A stretch of 64,000 nucleotides of DNA from Nitrospirota bacterium (GTDB taxonomy: Bacteria > UBA2233), in NCBI GenBank assembly GCA_011620345.1, contig WOZJ01000050.1, positions 151,976-215,975 on the forward strand, given 5' to 3'. How positions within the stretch are numbered: the first letter of the stretch is position 1; the number at the start of each line of letters is the position of its first letter. The position numbers were made by a program, and so were the translations under genes. Shown one piece after another: positions 58,211-64,000 of this stretch. The notes beneath the pieces were generated by a model. The model was not told the DNA's origin, searched no databases, and was given only the letters and a program-made list of their open reading frames with translations.

Positions 58211-59809
58211 TTAGATATAAGAAACTTCTCGGTATTTGCCGTAGACCTCCTGAAGGGCCTTTGCGACCTCTCCTAGAGTTGCAAGGCTCTCAACGGCCGA
58301 AACGAGGGCTGGAATAAGGTTCTCGCCCTGTTCAGCCGCTTGCTTGAGCGCGTCCAAGCCCTTTTGAGCGGTAGCGTTGGATCGCCTGGCCCTTAACTCT
58401 CGTACCTTTCGGATTTGCTCCTCTTGTTGCTTCCTGCCGACACGAAGAAGCGGGATTGATTCGTCCTCATCGGAGGCAAACGCGTTGACCCCGACAATCG
58501 TCCGCTTCCCTTGATTAAGCTCCTTTTGATAGAGGCACGCAGCCTCTTGGATCTCTTTTTGTGGAAAACCCGCCTCGATCGCCGGAACCATTCCGCCATA
58601 CTCATCAATTCGGCGGATATAATCCATTGCCCTTCCTTCGATTTCGTCCGTAAGGCTCTCGATGAAATAACTTCCTCCAAGAGGATCGCCTGTTGAAGGT
58701 ACACCCGTCTCGTAGGCCAAAACTTGCTGTGTCCTTAATGCCAGGGTTGCAGCAAATTCCGTGGGCAACGCGTACGTCTCGTCCAGCGAATTCGTATGGA
58801 GAGACTGGGTTCCCCCCAAAACAGCCGCGAGAGCCTCGATTGCCGTCCGCACGATGTTGTTGTGCGGCTGTTGGGCCGTAAGCGAGCATCCTGCCGTCTG
58901 CGTGTGGAAGCGCATCCAAAGGCTTCTTTCGTCCTGCACGCCGTAACGCTCCTTCATTTCGCGCGCCCAAATTCTCCTTGCCGCCCTATATTTGGCGATC
59001 TCTTCAAAAAAATCAATATGAGCGTTAAAAAAGAACGAGTAGCGCCTTGCAAACTGGTCGACCCCCAGCCCTCTGCCTATGGCCCGCTTGACGTATTCCA
59101 GCCCGTCTGAGAGCGTAAAAGCAAGCTCCTGAACGGCCGTTGATCCCGCCTCGCGGATATGGTATCCGGAAATGGAGATTGTATTCCAAAGGGGAACGTG
59201 ATTCGTACAAAATTCAACGATGTCAATCGTCAGCTTAAGCGATGGCTCAATCGGGTAGATCCACTCCTTTTGGGCGATAAACTCCTTGAGCATGTCGTTT
59301 TGGAGTGTCCCTTTTAGGCTTGAAAGGGGGACCCCCCTACGCTTTGCAAGCGCTAGGTACATGGCAAAGACGATGGGGGCCGTGCAATTGATCGTCATGG
59401 AGGTCGAGACCTCGCCAACGGGAATTTCCGCAAAAAGCTCGTCCATGTCCTCGATAGAATCGACCGCCACGCCGCACTTCCCGACTTCTCCCAAGGAAGA
59501 CGGATGGTCGGAGTCGAAGCCCATAAGCGTAGGCATGTCAAAAGCAACGCTAAGTCCGGTTTGGCCCTGAGAAAGGAGGTATCGAAATCTTGCGTTCGTA
59601 TCGCTGGCCGTTCCAAACCCAGCAAACTGGCGCATTGTCCAGAGCCTTCCCCTGTACATATCGGCATGAATACCCCGAGTGAAAGGGAAGGTGCCTGGAT
59701 CTCCCAGCTTTGCTTGGTAGTCAAACCCTTCTATGTCTCTTTCGTTATAAAACGTCTCAAACGGAATTCCTGAAAGAGACGTCATATTCAGCGTAGGCGA
59801 TGTTCCCAT
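58211..59809 (-). CDS. Acyl-CoA mutase large subunit, isobutyryl-CoA mutase (IcmA) signature
   Basis: WTMRQFAGFG, GTLQND.LKEFIAQKEW, ISISGYHIREAG, GGTQSLHTN; no fused B12 domain. Confidence 0.93.
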   Translation of the reverse strand: MGTSPTLNMTSLSGIPFETFYNERDIEGFDYQAKLGDPGTFPFTRGIHADMYRGRLWTMRQFAGFGTASDTNARFRYLLSQGQTGLSVAFDMPTLMGFDSDHPSSLGEVGKCGVAVDSIEDMDELFAEIPVGEVSTSMTINCTAPIVFAMYLALAKRRGVPLSSLKGTLQNDMLKEFIAQKEWIYPIEPSLKLTIDIVEFCTNHVPLWNTISISGYHIREAGSTAVQELAFTLSDGLEYVKRAIGRGLGVDQFARRYSFFFNAHIDFFEEIAKYRAARRIWAREMKERYGVQDERSLWMRFHTQTAGCSLTAQQPHNNIVRTAIEALAAVLGGTQSLHTNSLDETYALPTEFAATLALRTQQVLAYETGVPSTGDPLGGSYFIESLTDEIEGRAMDYIRRIDEYGGMVPAIEAGFPQKEIQEAACLYQKELNQGKRTIVGVNAFASDEDESIPLLRVGRKQQEEQIRKVRELRARRSNATAQKGLDALKQAAEQGENLIPALVSAVESLATLGEVAKALQEVYGKYREVSYI

Positions 59810-59821
59810 CGGGGTTCCCCT

Positions 59822-60973
59822 TTAAAGCGCAAAATCCTCTTTTTTGAGCTCGTTGGCGAGGACCAACCTTTGAATCTCCGAGCTTCCCTCGTAGATCTCG
59901 GTGATCTTGGCGTCCCTGAAAAACCGTTCAAGCTCGTAGTCTTTGATGTAACCATAGCCTCCAAGAACCTGTACTGCCTTTGTGGCCGTTTCCATGGCCG
60001 TCTCTGCGGCAAAAAGTTTGGCCATGGAAGAGTAAAGCGTAGAACGACCCCCCGAATCCTTGAGCTCTGCGGCCCTTAGGACAAGCATACGCGAGGCCTC
60101 AATTTTGGTTAGCATGTCGGCAAGCATCCATCCGATCGCCTGGAACTCAATAATTGGCTTGCCAAACTGTGTCCTGGTCCTGGCGTAGGCCGCTGCACGC
60201 TCGAACGCTCCTTTTGCGATCCCCACAGCCTGGGCGGCAATCCCGATCCTTCCGCCATCAAGGGTCGCCATCGCGATCCTAAACCCATCTCCCTCTTTGC
60301 CGAGCAAGCATTCTTTGGGGACAAAAACTTCGTCGAAATCTACAGGACAGGAATCTGCGCCGTGGATTCCGAGCTTCTTCTCTGGCTTACCTACTAGAAC
60401 GCCTGATGTCTCCATGTCTAGCAGGAACGTCGAAATTCCCCTGTGCCTAAGTGAACGATCCTTTGTGGCGAACACGATGCCAGTTTTTGCCCGGGAGGCG
60501 TTCGTGATGAACGCCTTCGCCCCGCTTATGGTGTAACCATCCGAAGCATGCCTGTAGGAGGTTTTCAAATTGGCCGCATCAGACCCCGCCTCTGGTTCTG
60601 TTAAGCAGAAACAACCAATGGCCTCTCCTTTTGCCATGGGAGGGAGAAAGCGCTTTTTTTGGGCATCGGTACCGAACTTGAGGATTGGCCAAACCGCGAG
60701 CGAACTGTGAGCAGACACAATCGTACCGACGGCGGCGGAAGCGCTCGAAATCTCTTCAATGGCAAGTGCGTACAGGTAATGACTAAGCCCTGCCCCTTCC
60801 CATTCGTTGGGAACGAACATCCCCATCAACCCGAGCTCTCCGAGCTTGCGAACAGTTTCTAGGGGGAATATGTCGTCCTCATCGATTTTCTTGGCCATAG
60901 GTGCAAGCTCATTCTTGACAAACGACCGAACCGTTTGAATGGCTAGCTGCTCTTCTTGCGTCAATTCTTTCAT
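59822..60973 (-). CDS. Short-chain (butyryl-type) acyl-CoA dehydrogenase
   Basis: FCLTEPEAGSDA, TLDGGRIGIAAQ, RTQFGKPI, ERFFRDAKITEIYEG. Confidence 0.96.
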   Translation of the reverse strand: MKELTQEEQLAIQTVRSFVKNELAPMAKKIDEDDIFPLETVRKLGELGLMGMFVPNEWEGAGLSHYLYALAIEEISSASAAVGTIVSAHSSLAVWPILKFGTDAQKKRFLPPMAKGEAIGCFCLTEPEAGSDAANLKTSYRHASDGYTISGAKAFITNASRAKTGIVFATKDRSLRHRGISTFLLDMETSGVLVGKPEKKLGIHGADSCPVDFDEVFVPKECLLGKEGDGFRIAMATLDGGRIGIAAQAVGIAKGAFERAAAYARTRTQFGKPIIEFQAIGWMLADMLTKIEASRMLVLRAAELKDSGGRSTLYSSMAKLFAAETAMETATKAVQVLGGYGYIKDYELERFFRDAKITEIYEGSSEIQRLVLANELKKEDFAL

Positions 60974-60994
60974 CTTGTTATGGTTTCCTTATTT

Positions 60995-61786
60995 TTATCG
61001 AGGGCCTAGCACGAATTGAGGCTTGCGTTTTCCGAGGAATGCGGCAATCCCCTCTTCTTTGTCCTGGTGGGCAAAGCAATTACCGAAGGCGAGCCTCTCA
61101 ACAAGCAGGGCCTCGCGGACGCCCAAGCCCCAACCTGCTTGGATGGCAGCCTTCGCTTGAGCGATCGCATGGGGGCTTTGGGAGAGCATCGGCTCTAAAA
61201 AGGCCTCGGCCTTCTTGATGGGGTCCTCCCCCTCCCCCGCCAATGCATCACAAAGCCCCATATCGAGTGCTTCCTTTGCCGCCATGCTTTTTCCGGAAAA
61301 AATCAGCATTTTTGCCTTTGCCATCCCGATGCGCCTTGCCAAGCGAACGCATCCTCCAAACCCTGGGATGATCCCTAGACGAACCTCCGGCTGGCCGAAC
61401 TGTGCCTTGGGCGATGCCACGATGAAATCGCAAGCGAGTGCCAACTCAAGCCCTCCACCGAGTGCAAACCCGTTGACACAGGCAACGGTCATGATCGGCA
61501 GCGATTCGAGCTTCAAAAAGACTTCTTGCCCATACCTGGCGAATTCTATGGCCTCCGTGGGCGTTTTCTTTGCCATCGCACGAATGTCCGCCCCGGCGAC
61601 AAACGCTTTATCGCCCGCCCCTGTTATCCTAAGGGCTTGCAGAACGCTTACGTCCAACCTCTCGAGCGCTTCATCTACCTCTTTGATTGTGGCCTCATCC
61701 AGCGCGTTGAGCTGTTCTGGCCTGTTGATCGTGAGTGTTGCAAAAGGAGTCGATTGTTCGAGTGTGATATTCACAACAATCTCCAT
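60995..61786 (-). CDS. Enoyl-CoA hydratase (crotonase, Crt-like)
   Basis: AFVAGADI, GFALGGGLELALACD, GQPEVRLGIIPGFGG (both catalytic Glu). Confidence 0.96.
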   Translation of the reverse strand: MEIVVNITLEQSTPFATLTINRPEQLNALDEATIKEVDEALERLDVSVLQALRITGAGDKAFVAGADIRAMAKKTPTEAIEFARYGQEVFLKLESLPIMTVACVNGFALGGGLELALACDFIVASPKAQFGQPEVRLGIIPGFGGCVRLARRIGMAKAKMLIFSGKSMAAKEALDMGLCDALAGEGEDPIKKAEAFLEPMLSQSPHAIAQAKAAIQAGWGLGVREALLVERLAFGNCFAHQDKEEGIAAFLGKRKPQFVLGPR

Positions 61787-61792
61787 TTTTTT

Positions 61793-63259
61793 CTAAAGCA
61801 GGTCCATCACCGTGTGCTTACGCGCTCTTCTGGCCACTCCTGTTTGCGCTGCCGCCTTCATCACGGCGGTGGCCACAAGCTTGGCAACACGTTTGTTAAA
61901 CACGCTCGGAATGATATAATCCTCGCTCAATTCGTTTTTTGGGATGATGTTGGCAAGTGCAAGCGCTGCGGCCTTCTTCATTTCCTCGTTGATCGAGCGG
62001 GCCCTGCAGTCCAAGGCCCCACGGAATACCCCCGGAAAGGCAAGTACGTTATTAATCTGGTTTGGATAATCCGACCTTCCCGTGGCCATAATCCGGACAT
62101 AAGGCTGGGCTACTTCTGGACGAATCTCCGGCTCAGGATTGGCCATGGCGAACACGATCGGGTCTCTGGCCATTTTTTTGAGCATTTCAACGGTCAATAC
62201 GCCAGGCCCAGAAAGCCCTACGAACACGTCTGCGCCCTCTAGCGCGTCGGCAAGCGTTCCTTTTAGGCCTTCCGGGTTCGTATGTTCTGCAAACCAATCC
62301 TTCATAAAGTTCATATTCTCCATGCGCCCTCGATATACGGTCCCCGTTTTATCGCATCCTATGATATGCCGAACGCCAGAGGCCATCAGGATCTTTGAGA
62401 CAGCGATTCCTGCAGCACCAACCCCGCTGAACACCACACGGATGTTTTCGAAATCTTTCTTTACGATCCGGAGTGCGTTGGTAAGGGCGGCGACCGTTAC
62501 AATAGCCGTACCGTGCTGGTCGTCGTGAAATACGGGAATGTCGAGCTCTTCTCGAAGCCTTTCTTCGATCGAAAAACATCTAGGAGCCGAAATATCTTCA
62601 AGGTTAATCCCGCCGAAAGAAGGCGCGATCGCCTTTACGATCTCGACTATTCTGTCCTCATCCTTTGTGTCAAGGCACACGGGAAAGGCATCTACACCGC
62701 CAAACTCCTTGAATAGTACCGCTTTTCCCTCCATGACGGGTAAGGCTGCCCTTGGCCCGATATCGCCTAGACCCAAGACGGCCGTCCCATCCGTCACCAC
62801 GGCCACCATGTTTTTCTTGCAGGTAAGGGTAAACGCCTTTTCCTCATTTTCTTTAATTGCCATGCAGACACGTGCGACACCGGGGGTGTAGGCAATCGAA
62901 AGGTCATCTCTGGTTTTGAGCGGAACCCTGCTTTTAACCTCGATCTTGCCGCCAAGGTGGGCGAGAAAAACCTTATCCGATACGTTGATCACCCTCACCC
63001 CTTCGATACCCTTTAGGGCCTTAACGATCTCTTGGACCTTCCCCACTTCTCGAAGCATGACCGTGATATCGCGGAGGATCTTTCCCTTGCCTACATCGAC
63101 GATGTCAAGCGCTCCTATGTTGCCTCCAAACTCTCCGATCGTTGAGGTGATTTTCCCTAACGTTCCCGGCCGGTTTTGCGCCTCTACCCGGAGGGTCAGC
63201 GTGTAGCCCAAGGGTTCGGTAGGTTCTACGGATGCTCTTCGATAATCAACTGCCCGCAT
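61793..63259 (-). CDS. NAD(P)-dependent malic enzyme with N-terminal ACT domain
   Basis: AYTPGVA, GTAVLGLG, PVMEGK, INLEDISAP.CF, FHDDQHGTA, ATGRSDYPNQINN. Confidence 0.96.
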   Translation of the reverse strand: MRAVDYRRASVEPTEPLGYTLTLRVEAQNRPGTLGKITSTIGEFGGNIGALDIVDVGKGKILRDITVMLREVGKVQEIVKALKGIEGVRVINVSDKVFLAHLGGKIEVKSRVPLKTRDDLSIAYTPGVARVCMAIKENEEKAFTLTCKKNMVAVVTDGTAVLGLGDIGPRAALPVMEGKAVLFKEFGGVDAFPVCLDTKDEDRIVEIVKAIAPSFGGINLEDISAPRCFSIEERLREELDIPVFHDDQHGTAIVTVAALTNALRIVKKDFENIRVVFSGVGAAGIAVSKILMASGVRHIIGCDKTGTVYRGRMENMNFMKDWFAEHTNPEGLKGTLADALEGADVFVGLSGPGVLTVEMLKKMARDPIVFAMANPEPEIRPEVAQPYVRIMATGRSDYPNQINNVLAFPGVFRGALDCRARSINEEMKKAAALALANIIPKNELSEDYIIPSVFNKRVAKLVATAVMKAAAQTGVARRARKHTVMDLL

Positions 63260-63298
63260 GAATACCCCTTTCTAAAAAATAGAATTTCGCTTTATTAT

Positions 63299-63326
63299 AT
63301 TATAGCGTTTGCCTAGAACTTTTCAA
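63299..63326 (-). promoter_or_regulatory. Sigma70 promoter for the malic enzyme-mutase operon
   Basis: Minus strand TTGAAA (63326-21), 16 nt, TATAAT (63304-299). Confidence 0.55.
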
Positions 63327-64000
63327 AAGGGTCAAACAGCTTCGCATATTCTTCCAAGACAAACCTATCGGTCATAGATGCGATATAATCGGCGATCTTT
63401 CGTGTATCACTCTGGCTTTTCATCTTTTGTTGCACTTCGATAGGCAAAAGCTGAGGAGAATCCTGGTAAGCAGAAAACAAGGACTCTAGGACTCTAGCCG
63501 CCTTTTTGCCCATACGAAGCACCTTGGGATGACGGTAGAGATTGTTCATCAAAAACGCATTAAGTGCCTTGTTTTTAGGGGCCATCTCTACGGATAGGCC
63601 TACCAGATAAAAGGTTTTACTGCGTGCAGCCTCTGGATTCTCGATATGTTCGGCGTTCAAGCGCTCGGCGGTATGCACAATGACATCGCTGACCAAGTTA
63701 TTGATCAGTTTCCGAACAAAAGCCTTGATCAAGATGGGCAACGCAACGTCAGGACCCATTTCCTTCTCGATCTCGCCCACACAATCCCGAGCGAGCGGAA
63801 CCTCTACCAGGCCCTGAAACCCGATAAGGCCAGAAGCCAGCCCATCGTCGATGTCATGCGAAGAATAGGCGATTTCATCCGCCATGTCTACAACCTGAGC
63901 CTCAAGCGTCGGAGCGGCATTCCCGCGGAACATTTCGGGAATTTCTACATTGCGGTTGGGCTTGTATTTCAGAATCCCTTCTCTCACTTCGTACGTGAGG
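63313..64000 (-). CDS. dgt: dGTP triphosphohydrolase, C-terminal part (5' end beyond window)
   Basis: LTYEVREGILK, EAQVVD.ADEIAY..HDIDDG, DYIASMTD; frame open to the window edge. Confidence 0.92.
   Translation of the reverse strand, partial: LTYEVREGILKYKPNRNVEIPEMFRGNAAPTLEAQVVDMADEIAYSSHDIDDGLASGLIGFQGLVEVPLARDCVGEIEKEMGPDVALPILIKAFVRKLINNLVSDVIVHTAERLNAEHIENPEAARSKTFYLVGLSVEMAPKNKALNAFLMNNLYRHPKVLRMGKKAARVLESLFSAYQDSPQLLPIEVQQKMKSQSDTRKIADYIASMTDRFVLEEYAKLFDPFEKF

Noticed and set aside
1-64000. Mobile elements, CRISPR arrays, prophage or defence systems, including integration at the tRNA genes
   Set aside because: No transposase, integrase, regularly spaced repeats, duplicated tRNA 3' ends or compositional island were seen.

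Overview
Core-genome region of a delta-proteobacterial-type bacterium (Desulfobacterota/Myxococcota-like gene order; lineage is an inference). Positions 1-52295 are one co-directional + strand block: nusA 3' end, infB, DUF503, rbfA, nrnA, truB, rpsO, pnp, prfB (+1 programmed frameshift), ispG, proS, pyrF, rlmB, tRNA-Thr/Tyr/Gly/Thr, tuf, rpmG, tRNA-Trp, secE, nusG, rplKAJL, rpoBC, the str, S10, spc and alpha operons (rpmD absent), a lipoprotein, glyQS and ppdK. After that come a possible sRNA or small ORF, a YfgM-like gene and miaB (-), a stand-alone RpoD-type sigma factor (+), a - strand operon (malic enzyme, crotonase, acyl-CoA dehydrogenase, isobutyryl-CoA-mutase-type large and small subunits, meaB, lipoprotein) and the 3' part of a dGTPase. 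No mobile element, CRISPR array, rRNA or defence system was seen. The region is mostly housekeeping. The best leads are: a ~79-aa insertion in the RNAP beta' clamp with nearby substitutions at normally invariant residues, a ~190-nt promoter- and hairpin-bounded structured unit at 52.3-52.5 kb, an ICM-signature B12 mutase operon, an orphan RpoD paralog with a long structured leader, and a 1246-bp apparently identical tuf duplication that extends into the RBS and ATG of the downstream genes.
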